Made by a program: the position numbers and the translations under genes
The notes under the pieces: generated by a model
The model's input: only the letters and a program-made list of their open reading frames with translations
What the model was told of the DNA's origin: nothing
The model's database searches: none
Origin: a virus
Virus record (IMG/VR): IMGVR_UViG_3300021964_000036
Location: 18,492-82,491 of that record
Length of the DNA stretch: 64,000 nucleotides
Strand: one strand, 5' to 3'
In this document: piece by piece, positions 1 through 9,425 of the stretch
Layout of the letters: each line of letters starts with the position of its first letter
How positions within the stretch are numbered: position 1 is the first letter of the stretch

Positions 1-2
1 AG

Positions 3-788
3 CAAAACCCATTGCAATCTGCCTTATCCAAGATCACAACCGATTCTAAGCTAATTAGCGAATTTATAGAATATTCTCAAAAGGATCTTGACAAGAGTGA
101 TCAACAAGAATTGTTAGCTGATCCGGATTACCTTAAAGACGAATTCGATTATTTTTTAAGTGAAAGAGACCGAGAATATTTTACCCAGGAGGATCTTAAA
201 AAGCTATCTCCAGATTACAAGCCTCCTAAAACAGAGATTATTAAGGATACTGAAATCCTTAAAACTCCAACCCCAACCCCTGCAGCTCAAGAGGTTATCA
301 ATCCTGTAGAAGCTGAACCTGCTGTCAAGAATGAAGAAGTGAAAGCTAAACCTAAGGTTAATTTCAGTCTTGATAAATTAAAGTCCATAACAGCTTTAGG
401 TAAGGAAAAACTCGAAGCTGCAAAGAATGGTACAGGAGTGATTGGACAAGCAGTGAATTCTGTACAGGAATTAAAATCAAAAATGCCAGGTTCCCCTGCA
501 AAGGATGCTGATACTGATTCAGGACCTGGACAATCAGCCAGTGCTATAGAAAGAATAAAGGAGATAGCGGGTAGCTTGAAAAATAATTCTACTACAACAC
601 CAGCACCAGGGGTTGTTAAAAAATCTGAAGCCTCTACTACCAGTGCAGTTACTCCTTCAACTAGTACGATTACATCTAAGGATGCTCAGGAAATTAAATC
701 CTTGCTTGCCTCTATTTACCAGGCACTAAGATCCCCTCTCACAGTTGCAAGCGATATCCCATTTAGGCCTTCGGGAAACAACTTCTAA
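3..788 (+). CDS. 5'-truncated hypothetical protein (low-complexity Thr/Ser/Lys-rich C-terminus; possibly the end of a tape-measure-like protein)
   Basis: The frame is open from position 3, so the start lies upstream of the window. No diagnostic motif. Confidence 0.55.
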   Translation, partial: QNPLQSALSKITTDSKLISEFIEYSQKDLDKSDQQELLADPDYLKDEFDYFLSERDREYFTQEDLKKLSPDYKPPKTEIIKDTEILKTPTPTPAAQEVINPVEAEPAVKNEEVKAKPKVNFSLDKLKSITALGKEKLEAAKNGTGVIGQAVNSVQELKSKMPGSPAKDADTDSGPGQSASAIERIKEIAGSLKNNSTTTPAPGVVKKSEASTTSAVTPSTSTITSKDAQEIKSLLASIYQALRSPLTVASDIPFRPSGNNF

Positions 789-830
789 CAATTGTTTATA
801 ACTTCATTTTTTCCAAACGGTGGAAAATTG

Positions 831-838
831 TATATTTG
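831..838 (+). promoter_or_regulatory. Bacteroidota-type housekeeping sigma -7 element (TAnnTTTG), putative early promoter
   Basis: TATATTTG lies about 30 nt upstream of ATG 871. The same motif class occurs at 15188 and 22281. Confidence 0.55.
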
Positions 839-870
839 TTTCTCAACTACCTTTTAATCCTGAACCGCAA

Positions 871-1431
871 ATGGAAGAAACTTATATTGATCCCTCTAAT
901 TTTTTTAATGACGATAACCTTTCAAGGGGTAATTACTGGATTGCTAGTCCTGCTCTTAATAGGGTATTTTTATCGGAGGATAATTTCAATGAAATAAGCG
1001 AAACCTTTTATACCCTTAAGGATAGGAAGATGGACAGGGTCTATCTAGAAATGGCAAAGGTGTGGGCAACAAACTCATATTGTGAAAGAATGAAAGTTGG
1101 AAGTTTGATAGTCAAAGATAAGTCGATAATATCCGACGGCTACAACGGGGCACCAACTGGATTCCCAAACGTGTGTGAAGATGCTTCTCACGTTACGCTG
1201 CCTCATGTATTACACGCAGAGGCAAATGCTATTACTAAATTGGCTAAGAGTACGCAAAGTTCGGATGGGTCTACACTTTATGTTACCGTCTCTCCATGCT
1301 TCGAGTGTTCTAAACTGATAATCCAAAGTGGAATTAAAAGGTTAGTATTCCAGGAGTTATATAGAAAACTTGAATCGCTCAAATTTTTATTTGACGCTGG
1401 AATTGAACTCATTAGGTTAAATAATAAATAG
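871..1431 (+). CDS. dCMP deaminase
   Basis: HAEANAI and SPCFEC zinc-deaminase motifs, GYNGAP. Start moved from GTG 820 to ATG 871 because the promoter element lies at 831. Confidence 0.92.
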   Translation: MEETYIDPSNFFNDDNLSRGNYWIASPALNRVFLSEDNFNEISETFYTLKDRKMDRVYLEMAKVWATNSYCERMKVGSLIVKDKSIISDGYNGAPTGFPNVCEDASHVTLPHVLHAEANAITKLAKSTQSSDGSTLYVTVSPCFECSKLIIQSGIKRLVFQELYRKLESLKFLFDAGIELIRLNNK

Positions 1432-1465
1432 GAGGTAAAAGGAAATTACTAGGGGAATCAAAAAA

Positions 1466-2083
1466 ATGGCAAAAGAAAAAAACATACAAATTCTAGCTGA
1501 AAGCTTCATTCAGACTAGAGGAGAGAGGGAATTCAAGTACCTCTACGAAAGAGTAAAACCAGGGGTATTAAATCATTGTTACGGTATTTTGAAAGACTTT
1601 GAGCTAGCGGAGGATGCTTTCCTTAATGCTATGTCGAAGGTCTGGCAAAAGATAGAACAATATGATAGCGAGAGAGGGAATTTTTCTACGTGGTGTTACA
1701 ACATTGCTAGAAATGAATCTCTACTTTTGCTAAAAAGCAGAAAAAGATATATTTCTCAATCTTCTGAAGAGATGGAATACACTTCTGCAAAGGCAGAAGA
1801 AAAGAACAGATCATATGACATTGAAGACGATCCTCTTTGGGATTTCCTTTCGGGAGGTAGCGATATAGATGATGTATATGAGCAAGTAATAGACGAAATT
1901 AAGGAACTTCCGGATATCTATCGTGATATAATGATCGATCGTGAAATAAATGGTATGAAATACAAAGATATTGCTATTAAATACGATATAAAGAAGAGAT
2001 CAATTGCTACAAGAATTAGAAGAGCTCGTACTAAGATCAGAAAGAAGATGGAGGATGCTATGGGTAAATCTGATTTCAAATAA
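1466..2083 (+). CDS. ECF-type RNA polymerase sigma factor
   Basis: Region 2 AEDAFLNAMSKVWQKIEQYD..RGNFSTWCYNIARN; region 4 LPDIYRDIM..REINGMKYKDIA....SIATRIRRAR. Confidence 0.92.
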   Translation: MAKEKNIQILAESFIQTRGEREFKYLYERVKPGVLNHCYGILKDFELAEDAFLNAMSKVWQKIEQYDSERGNFSTWCYNIARNESLLLLKSRKRYISQSSEEMEYTSAKAEEKNRSYDIEDDPLWDFLSGGSDIDDVYEQVIDEIKELPDIYRDIMIDREINGMKYKDIAIKYDIKKRSIATRIRRARTKIRKKMEDAMGKSDFK

Positions 2084-2548
2084 ATGATGGGAAGAATTCT
2101 AGCTATTTTTAGGTTATTAAAAATTCTTAAGGAATTAAGGGTTTATTACCAATACAGGATTTCTGTATATGACGAGAGCATTAATTCCCCCATCTGGACA
2201 AGGTTAAGACTCAGGAAGGATTGGTTAAGAAGAATTTATACGGTAGTAAACTTACCTCCTGAGGTTACTATGTCACGTGAATTTCCCGTAGATGCTAGAC
2301 CTGCTTATGTGTTCGAAGAACTTAAGCCCGTAAACGACTATCTCACTAAACTTAATCTGCAGGAGGTTCTTACCCCAGTTCTTAAACCTATACCAGAGAC
2401 TAATGGGGATTCTTATTTAGTTATCTATTATTTCTTTTTTAGGTACCTTTCATGGATATGGATATTTAGATTTATAACAGAGGTAACACTGGTTACTTTA
2501 TGTGTGTTGAACTGGAATGCAATTATAACTTACTTAGGAATTGTTTGA
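2084..2548 (+). CDS. hypothetical membrane protein
   Basis: Abuts the sigma gene; hydrophobic C-terminus. Confidence 0.65.
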   Translation: MMGRILAIFRLLKILKELRVYYQYRISVYDESINSPIWTRLRLRKDWLRRIYTVVNLPPEVTMSREFPVDARPAYVFEELKPVNDYLTKLNLQEVLTPVLKPIPETNGDSYLVIYYFFFRYLSWIWIFRFITEVTLVTLCVLNWNAIITYLGIV

Positions 2549-3347
2549 TTTAGAAAATACAAGGAAGGATTACCAGAAGAAGCTAGATATTTTCAAAGAC
2601 TCGAAGTTTATTTTCAACGAATCTGCTCACACGTATCATTTCGAGGGTATTAAGTATGATTCTGTAACAACATATCTAAAAAAATTCAAAGTTCCCTTTG
2701 ATCGTGAATATTGGTCTAATCGTAAAGCTGAAGAAAGGGGAGTAGATGTTTCGGTTATTAAAGCAGAGTGGCAGGGTAAAGCTGATGTTGCTAATGCTCT
2801 TGGAACTAAAGTACATAAGTGGATTGAAGATTATTGGATGGGATTAGATCCTGAAATGCCAGAGGATCCTGAGGTAAGGAGTAGGGTTGAAAAGTTTATA
2901 TCTCTTAAGGAAGAAAGATTTGGAGAACTTGTTCCTCTTGAATCTGAGCTTAAAGTATTTTCTAATAAATGGAGGCTTGCAGGAACCGTTGACCAACCTT
3001 TCTTAATGTGGGATAAAAAGGAGAAAAAGCTTTTATTCCTTATTGGTGACTGGAAGACAAATAAGGAATTTAAGGACGATAAACACCCTAAGGGTAGGTT
3101 TAAAAAACTTTTACACCCATTTGCGGATCTTTATGAGAACTCACATAATGAGTATTCGATTCAAATCAGCTTATACAGACTTATTATTGAAGAGGAAACG
3201 GGATTAGAGACCCATGGTGGTTTTTTATGTCACATTGGTCCCCAGGAAAAACCTAAGTTATATCCCGTTAAGGATTTGAGGGAAAGGTTAAAGGTATATT
3301 TACAACATAATCGTGAAGATTTTGATGTTTTCAATATCTCTGAATGA
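2541..3347 (+). CDS. PD-(D/E)XK nuclease (phage exonuclease/Cas4-like)
   Basis: SVTT, GTKVH, SE..V, LAGTVD, DWKT and YxxQxxLY motifs. Confidence 0.8.
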   Translation: MFDLENTRKDYQKKLDIFKDSKFIFNESAHTYHFEGIKYDSVTTYLKKFKVPFDREYWSNRKAEERGVDVSVIKAEWQGKADVANALGTKVHKWIEDYWMGLDPEMPEDPEVRSRVEKFISLKEERFGELVPLESELKVFSNKWRLAGTVDQPFLMWDKKEKKLLFLIGDWKTNKEFKDDKHPKGRFKKLLHPFADLYENSHNEYSIQISLYRLIIEEETGLETHGGFLCHIGPQEKPKLYPVKDLRERLKVYLQHNREDFDVFNISE

Positions 3348-3372
3348 AACAATATCGTTTATTAAACTAAAA
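3346..3372 (+). promoter_or_regulatory. putative phage ECF-sigma (middle) promoter
   Basis: GAAAC-N16-CTAAAA; the motif recurs at 9378, 16564, 21343, 35935 and 39943. Confidence 0.6.
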
Positions 3373-3388
3373 AATAAAAAGCAATCAA

Positions 3389-3904
3389 ATGGCAAACAAA
3401 AAGACACAAGGAAAGATGGTAGAGCTTGATGCAAGTGAACTAGTTGATCCAATCGGAGAAGAAGCTCTTTCTAGACTAAACGAAGGTAGAATTAAGGCAG
3501 CAGAGGAAAATCTTGAAAATGCAAAGAAAAGGGTTTCTACCAAAGTATATGCAATTCAGTTTGAATCTATGGACCATATTAACAAATTTGTTGATTTCAT
3601 GGAAAATGAAGCTTCCTGGAAAGAAAAAGAATCCCTGGGTGTTATAGAAATTTGTAAAGTATTGGATAATCTCAAATCTGATGGAATAAAGAACAATATA
3701 CTTTACTTACAAGCTTTGCCTTTGGAGGCAAGTCACTACTTCATCTCAAAACAAAGTGGTAAAGGATTAAAGGAGGCGAAAGAATTTATTTCTCTCTTAA
3801 AGCCTTTTGAGCAAGGATTAGAATCTGCTAAAGCAGATGCCCAAGAAATCCAGGACCTTGAAAGAGAACTCGCAGCAGCTCAGCAGGGCATTGAAATAGC
3901 CTAA
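3389..3904 (+). CDS. hypothetical protein (coiled-coil ends)
   Basis: ATG with A-rich leader, bounded by a promoter and a terminator. Confidence 0.7.
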   Translation: MANKKTQGKMVELDASELVDPIGEEALSRLNEGRIKAAEENLENAKKRVSTKVYAIQFESMDHINKFVDFMENEASWKEKESLGVIEICKVLDNLKSDGIKNNILYLQALPLEASHYFISKQSGKGLKEAKEFISLLKPFEQGLESAKADAQEIQDLERELAAAQQGIEIA

Positions 3905-3928
3905 AAAGGCACAAAACCATTCGAAATG

Positions 3929-3960
3929 AATAGGCTCCATTTGTTTGGGGCCTATTTTTT
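3929..3960 (+). terminator. intrinsic terminator
   Basis: AATAGGCTCCA-loop-TGGGGCCTATT followed by a T run. Confidence 0.85.
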
Positions 3961-3981
3961 AGTGTATATGGAATAAGGTTA

Positions 3982-3989
3982 GATATATA
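3982..3989 (+). promoter_or_regulatory. putative late promoter GATATATA
   Basis: Recurrent 8-mer resembling the T4 late promoter TATAAATA, about 25 nt before ATG 4014. Confidence 0.65.
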
Positions 3990-4013
3990 GTAAAACTAAA
4001 ATTGTAAATAATC

Positions 4014-4307
4014 ATGGTACAAAAAATTAAAGATAACTTTCAATTCATCGTTTTAGGGTTTTTAGTGATTGTCTTTTTCAGACAATGTGGAGTAAATCGC
4101 GATATAGATAGAATTGAAAAGGAGCTTAAAGCTTCTAACGCTGAGCTTAACACTAAATTAGATTCAATCAATACACTAACTAAGGCTGAAATTAGGCACG
4201 AGATGAATCAGGTAATGTTCCAATTCCTTATTTATGAAGATGACTTTGATAAGAAAAGGATTTCTCTGTCTGAGATAAAAAACAAATTAGAAGCAAGTGA
4301 AGAGTAA
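4014..4307 (+). CDS. membrane-anchored or lipoprotein-like coiled-coil protein (spanin-like candidate)
   Basis: N-terminal hydrophobic segment ending RQCG, then a coiled coil. Confidence 0.5.
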   Translation: MVQKIKDNFQFIVLGFLVIVFFRQCGVNRDIDRIEKELKASNAELNTKLDSINTLTKAEIRHEMNQVMFQFLIYEDDFDKKRISLSEIKNKLEASEE

Positions 4308-5091
4308 ATCAAAACTCGTTAATGGCTTTATCATAACCACCTTCGTTTCTTTGTATTTGATGGTGTCTGTGATATCTACCATTCACGTTATTGACTTTTT
4401 TAAACTATCCAACCCCACGTGGTTGGCAATTTCTTTGGCAATAGCTTTTGAGGTTGGTGCTGCAGCATCTCTTGCCTCTTTAATTGTAATGGAAAAAATG
4501 AACAAATCCCTTGTTTGGTTCCTATTTATTCTGTTGACCGCAATGCAAGCCATGGGGAACACATACTATGCATTCGTTAATCTGGGTGACTATACTTCTT
4601 GGTCTGAATTATTTGGATTGATAGAGGAGGAAGAGATATTCCAAAAGAGGATACTCTCAATTGTATCTGGTGCTATTCTTCCTATAGTAGCATTAGGGTT
4701 TATTAAATCACTTGTCGATTATATTAAACCAGATAGCGAGGAAAAACTTCAAAACGAAGATTCTGGTATCGAAATGGAGGATGCTGTAGATCTTGGTGAT
4801 GATATAAGCGAGCCTTTAATCTATGATTCCTCTTATGAAATGAGCAACATTCCTGGTGGAAAAATGGAATTAGAAAATAGCTTAAATGAAAACGACGAAA
4901 TTGTTGAGGATTTTTACGGGTCAGAGTCTATTGTTACAGCAGAAACATCAGGATCTGAAAAAAATGAAGAGACCATAAAACCAATTGCAGATAGCAATGT
5001 TGAGATAGTAAATGCAAACGCAAACAAGAGGATTAGACCAAAAGTTGTTGCTATGCCAGAAAATCCTGACATAAACCCCACTAGACTTTAA
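4297..5091 (+). CDS. multi-pass membrane protein with acidic C-terminal tail
   Basis: Four hydrophobic segments in the first ~140 aa. Confidence 0.65.
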   Translation: MKSKSKLVNGFIITTFVSLYLMVSVISTIHVIDFFKLSNPTWLAISLAIAFEVGAAASLASLIVMEKMNKSLVWFLFILLTAMQAMGNTYYAFVNLGDYTSWSELFGLIEEEEIFQKRILSIVSGAILPIVALGFIKSLVDYIKPDSEEKLQNEDSGIEMEDAVDLGDDISEPLIYDSSYEMSNIPGGKMELENSLNENDEIVEDFYGSESIVTAETSGSEKNEETIKPIADSNVEIVNANANKRIRPKVVAMPENPDINPTRL

Positions 5092-5092
5092 T

Positions 5093-5767
5093 ATGAGCGC
5101 AAACATAGGTGATAACTTGGAGATTTTCGGTGGAGGATCTAGTGTAGGTGGCACAGGATCAGGTACTCCTTTTGGCTATGGCGACAGCAATAGTGCATTG
5201 ACTACTGGACAATCCGGTCCGTTTGACACCAAGTATACCCTAATTGCTAACACCCCTGGTTCTTTGAAGAGGGTAAATCTTACTTTCTCAAATTATAATG
5301 ATCCACACGAGGTAAGAATATTCCAAACCTCTATGAATGTTACATATCAAGCAGACATAGAAGAAAAGCTTGACCTTTCCGAATATTTTCACCCACTACA
5401 GTCTTTTTCTGGTTACCAGAAACAAACTTTTGTAATATCACCGGATTCTTCAATTAACCTTGATCCTGGTGATTATGATACCACTTTGGGAGAAGTGAGC
5501 TTACTACTTGCTAGAGCAAGGTATTATGCAGATGCTGAGGAGGATCAAAGGCTTTTATACTGGCATTATAATAGCGGATTAAGATACGTTATGTCAGATG
5601 TGATGATGCTAACCGGACAAGTTAAACCTGATGCTTCTTGGAAAGGATGGCAAACTTTGCCTGATTTAGAAGATCAGGTTGGATATACAGGAGCAGCTAC
5701 TGGTGGATTTGTATTTTCAAATCCAACTGAATATCCAGTTAAGCTAACAATATTAACAGCAAGCTAA
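5093..5767 (+). CDS. hypothetical (probably virion) protein, paralog of 5767..6312
   Basis: Shares YW.Y...(M/L)M.LTG and GG..FSNP...VKL.I motifs with the next gene. Confidence 0.65.
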   Translation: MSANIGDNLEIFGGGSSVGGTGSGTPFGYGDSNSALTTGQSGPFDTKYTLIANTPGSLKRVNLTFSNYNDPHEVRIFQTSMNVTYQADIEEKLDLSEYFHPLQSFSGYQKQTFVISPDSSINLDPGDYDTTLGEVSLLLARARYYADAEEDQRLLYWHYNSGLRYVMSDVMMLTGQVKPDASWKGWQTLPDLEDQVGYTGAATGGFVFSNPTEYPVKLTILTAS

Positions 5768-6312
5768 TGGCAACCAGACCTATCATATGTCCTCCACAAC
5801 CTATAGATGGATTCCTTTTTAGAAAGGACAAATTCGTGCTTGAGGAAGATTACAACATAACAAATTTCATAGATTTTAGTGATCTCCAGGATGAAGTTAT
5901 ATCATATTCAAGACTTAGAGTAACACTTAAAAGAAATAAAAGTGTAAAGATAAGCCAAACAGACATAGGTGATGAAAATGGATTCGTCAAATGGATAGCA
6001 GTGAAGGTTAAGTATCCTGCACCAAAAGACCCGGTTCTTTTTGGGTCCCAGACACCAATTATACCTGGTGTTCCAACTCCTACCAATGGAACTCCACAGG
6101 TGAAGAAATATATTTATTGGACATATAGGAATAATACCTATAATGTAGGAGAATTAATGATTTTAACCGGTGGAAAGCTAGGTTCCACTGATTCTGAAAA
6201 AACTGGATGGAATCTAAGTGAGGATTTTTTACCTTATGAGGATGGAGGAATCACATTCAGCAACCCACACACCGACATTGACGTAAAGCTTGAAATTATT
6301 ATAGCGAGATAA
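5767..6312 (+). CDS. hypothetical (probably virion) protein, paralog of 5093..5767
   Basis: Shared C-terminal motifs; stop/start overlap with the upstream gene. Confidence 0.65.
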   Translation: MATRPIICPPQPIDGFLFRKDKFVLEEDYNITNFIDFSDLQDEVISYSRLRVTLKRNKSVKISQTDIGDENGFVKWIAVKVKYPAPKDPVLFGSQTPIIPGVPTPTNGTPQVKKYIYWTYRNNTYNVGELMILTGGKLGSTDSEKTGWNLSEDFLPYEDGGITFSNPHTDIDVKLEIIIAR

Positions 6313-6374
6313 TTTTTCCAAAAAACCTGGATTGGTTGGAATATATAATGGAAAAGTTTCAATATCGCAGGTGT

Positions 6375-6382
6375 GATATATA
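6375..6382 (+). promoter_or_regulatory. putative late promoter GATATATA
   Basis: About 25 nt before ATG 6406. Confidence 0.65.
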
Positions 6383-6405
6383 AAAAGCAAAAAAACACAA
6401 GTAGA

Positions 6406-9198
6406 ATGGACTTACTTAATCAATTAAAAACTCTTAGGGAAACAACCACTAATCCTGAGGTTAAATCGATTTGCGAATCCCACATTAATAAAATACAAAA
6501 TGGGGAATCTGTAAATGAATCCGCAATCCTTGAATCTGTTGACCAGGTAGTAAAGGAAAGCGAAGGCGAAACCGCTGCAAACCCTATCGAAATGCTAAGA
6601 CAGCAAGAAATAGAAAGATCTAAATCAGCAGCTCAAAGGCTAATGGAGTCTTGGGGTGGAATTGGATCTAATTCTTCTAGAAATTCAGGATCTTATGTAG
6701 ATGGTAAGAAAGAAGATACTGCGGAGGTTACTAATATTTCAGAGAGTCTTAAAGAGGTAGCAGAAAAGGATCCTTCAGCTAAAGCATTCCTCGATTCACA
6801 GGCAGTTAACAACCTTGGCGTTTATGAGTCTATTCTATCTTTAAAAGGAACAGGTATTTATGAACATCCAAATGTTAAGATACTTTGTGAAAAGTTCACT
6901 CACCTTCTAAAGAATAATAATACCCCTGAATTTTTATTAGCAGAGGCATTTGTCCAAGAACTACAAAACTTCAACTGGGATAACAAAGTAAAAGCTGCTG
7001 TAGAAGCAATTAAGGAAAATATTGCTTCACTTAGACCTGAAATTGAGGTTTCAAAAGCTTTATATTCTATCGAAAAGAACGCTGGTTCTGATTTTTATTC
7101 GCCAGTAACAGAATCTCTGAATAAGTGGTTGATATCAGAGAATAAGTCCGTTGCACTTTTGTCCAAAGAGATCTCAAGATGGTCTTTCAACCCAACGGTA
7201 AGAAATCTTGTGAATACGCTTTCTCTAATGGAATCTTCAGAGTCTAAGCTAAGTATTCCTGTAAACAACGGAAATTCTTCGGTGAGGAAAGTTTATTCTC
7301 CAGTTCATGTTGCTGGTGGCAAAACTGTATTTACTATTGGTAACAACGTATTTGAAGGTAACTCTGAGGGAATCAAGAGACTTTCAAATGTTGAATATGC
7401 TTCTCTACCAGAAGAGTTTAGATCTTTGCTAGAGTCATTCTATTCTCCGATGGTTAAGATAAATGAGAGTGGTTTAAGTTTCTATGTTGGAAACAGCAGC
7501 TTTAAGATAGTGGAAGAGTCTGATTCGGTATCAATATATTCTAGGGATAATAAGATTAACTTTAGTGACAAAACTCAGCTGGCTAAGCAGATAGCTCTAG
7601 AAATATCTGGAAGCTTAGGAGTTAACGAATCAAAAGCGGTTTCTGACATAATTAACCTTTATGAAAACTTCTCAAATGTTGTTGAACTTGATTTTGCTAA
7701 AAGATTAGAGTCTAAAGTTTTCGAAGGTGTAGCAGTAAACTTGATTAAATGGAACTCAAACCTTTACCTCAACAGGATCAATGAAGGTATGAATGAGAAT
7801 TCCTTATTCCAAGTAAACGGTACACAAGCTACTTCGATGGTTAAGGATCTGATGAAATATGATATTTCTGAAGGACTAACGGAGTTCTTGGATGGAGAGA
7901 ACAGGATTAAGTCAATTATGCTTAATGACAGAAAGCAAATTATTGATAACATCGCTATCGTTGAAAACGAGATTAACAAAATCTCACAAGCAATGTCTAC
8001 AAACCCACTTTATGAAAATTCTAAAGAAATGGTAAGAGCTAAGCATATGCTTGAGCAAGAACTATCTTCTCTTAGAAAAAAATGGGCAGCAGTTAATGAA
8101 GAGATCGAAAAAATAGAATCTTCTTCTGTTGAGGTAGAAGAGATAAACGAGGATCAGAAATTCAATGTTGGTGATTACGTAAAAGTTAAAGAGTCTGGAA
8201 ATACTGGAAAGATTATTTCTATGGATAGCACATCTGGATCTTACACTGTTTTGATGGATAATGGAAGAACCGGTGATTTCAGAATGGATGAGATTGTTGA
8301 TATTGAAGAAGCTTTAAAATCTGCTGGTGAAGAAAATCAGGAAGCTGATGAAACCCAGGAAGATGTTAAAGAGAACGAATCACCAATTGAAACTTCTGAG
8401 GAAATTCTAGAGGATACTTTAGAAGAGTCTTCTCATGATATGGCAGTAGCTCCAGAGAACAAAACAGCATCTGAAAAGGATAAAACTCCAGCCGCTACAT
8501 TAAAAGCAAATACCTCTGAGGCACCTTCGTCTAAAGATCAAGACGAAGATGGTAAAAAGGACATTGAAAAGGAAGATCATGCTAATTTGGAAGAAGCACC
8601 TGAAGGAATTGAGAAAGGGACTGATTATAGTGTCAAGCTTAAAGACTCTTTGGTAGATGAGGTCGGATATAACGTAAACGAAAATACCGAAGAAGTTGAG
8701 TCGGCTGACAACGAAATGTCTTCAGCACCTGCGGAAGGAAATTCAGAGTTATCTGAAAGAGACGTTGAAAACACAGATCAGCAATTAGCTGAAGCCCCAG
8801 GCGGAAGATCTCATGCTGATTATGATGTAAAATCTGTTAAAGGTGAAGAGTCAAACCCAGATATGGTAAAAACAGACCCAGATATGGCATCTGCTCCTGG
8901 TGACGGTACAGATAAAGAATTACACCACGAAATTAGTGGAGAGATGGGATATAACCTTGATGAAGCGGATGACGTGGAAAAAACAGACCAGCAATTAGCA
9001 GTTGCTCCTGGTGGTGAGCACAAAGCAGAATATGATGTTGAAGTAGCTAAGGCAGAAAAAGCAGCAGCTGATATCATGAAAACCAACCAGGAATTAGCAG
9101 AAGCACCAGCAGCTGGCACTGATGCTGAAACAGATGTAGAGGTTAACACAGAAATGGGATATAACCTTGACGAAAGCGAAGAGTCAAAAAAAAACTAA
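6406..9198 (+). CDS. large acidic late protein, probable prohead core/head-associated protein with KOW/SH3-like domain and acidic repeats; possible frameshift extension to 9374
   Basis: Many (V/I/L)xES sites, KOW-like FNVGDYVKVKESGNTGKI, coiled coil. Start set at ATG 6406, after the late promoter. Confidence 0.6.
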   Translation: MDLLNQLKTLRETTTNPEVKSICESHINKIQNGESVNESAILESVDQVVKESEGETAANPIEMLRQQEIERSKSAAQRLMESWGGIGSNSSRNSGSYVDGKKEDTAEVTNISESLKEVAEKDPSAKAFLDSQAVNNLGVYESILSLKGTGIYEHPNVKILCEKFTHLLKNNNTPEFLLAEAFVQELQNFNWDNKVKAAVEAIKENIASLRPEIEVSKALYSIEKNAGSDFYSPVTESLNKWLISENKSVALLSKEISRWSFNPTVRNLVNTLSLMESSESKLSIPVNNGNSSVRKVYSPVHVAGGKTVFTIGNNVFEGNSEGIKRLSNVEYASLPEEFRSLLESFYSPMVKINESGLSFYVGNSSFKIVEESDSVSIYSRDNKINFSDKTQLAKQIALEISGSLGVNESKAVSDIINLYENFSNVVELDFAKRLESKVFEGVAVNLIKWNSNLYLNRINEGMNENSLFQVNGTQATSMVKDLMKYDISEGLTEFLDGENRIKSIMLNDRKQIIDNIAIVENEINKISQAMSTNPLYENSKEMVRAKHMLEQELSSLRKKWAAVNEEIEKIESSSVEVEEINEDQKFNVGDYVKVKESGNTGKIISMDSTSGSYTVLMDNGRTGDFRMDEIVDIEEALKSAGEENQEADETQEDVKENESPIETSEEILEDTLEESSHDMAVAPENKTASEKDKTPAATLKANTSEAPSSKDQDEDGKKDIEKEDHANLEEAPEGIEKGTDYSVKLKDSLVDEVGYNVNENTEEVESADNEMSSAPAEGNSELSERDVENTDQQLAEAPGGRSHADYDVKSVKGEESNPDMVKTDPDMASAPGDGTDKELHHEISGEMGYNLDEADDVEKTDQQLAVAPGGEHKAEYDVEVAKAEKAAADIMKTNQELAEAPAAGTDAETDVEVNTEMGYNLDESEESKKN
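8761..9180 (+). repeat. 2 x 210 bp (70 aa) degenerate intragenic duplication
   Basis: DVE.TDQQLA.APGG...EMGYNLDE occurs twice; the GA(G/A)ATGGGATATAACCTTGA copies start at 8941 and 9151. Confidence 0.8.
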
Positions 9199-9374
9199 GA
9201 AAAATACTTAGTAAAGTTTGGGCTTTTGCTCCTACTGGAGAGGAACAATCTGAATCACCAGAGCCTTTCGTTGATAATATCAAAGACAAAATGAGCGTCG
9301 CCCCAGATGGAAAAGAACCTACTGGGGACACGCTCATTTCTTCTGAAGATGGGACCGAAGAGGATAAGGTTTAG
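9186..9374 (+). other. A9C slippery site plus 59-codon -1 frame extension and downstream stem-loop
   Basis: A AAA AAC immediately before TAA. The -1 frame reads LRKILSKVWAFAPTGEEQ...MSVAPDGKEP...EEDKV* and keeps the xAP repeat style. Hairpin at 9289-9339. Confidence 0.65.
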
Positions 9375-9377
9375 ACC

Positions 9378-9405
9378 GAAACTAACCTCGAGGTTTAAAC
9401 TAAAA
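9378..9405 (+). promoter_or_regulatory. putative phage ECF-sigma promoter upstream of the late sigma gene
   Basis: GAAAC-N17-CTAAAA. Confidence 0.65.
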
Positions 9406-9425
9406 ATAATACAAGTGTAAAGGTT

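Noticed and set aside
2541-3347. Cas4/CRISPR system
   Set aside because: Stand-alone PD-(D/E)XK nuclease without the Fe-S cysteine set, array or other cas genes.
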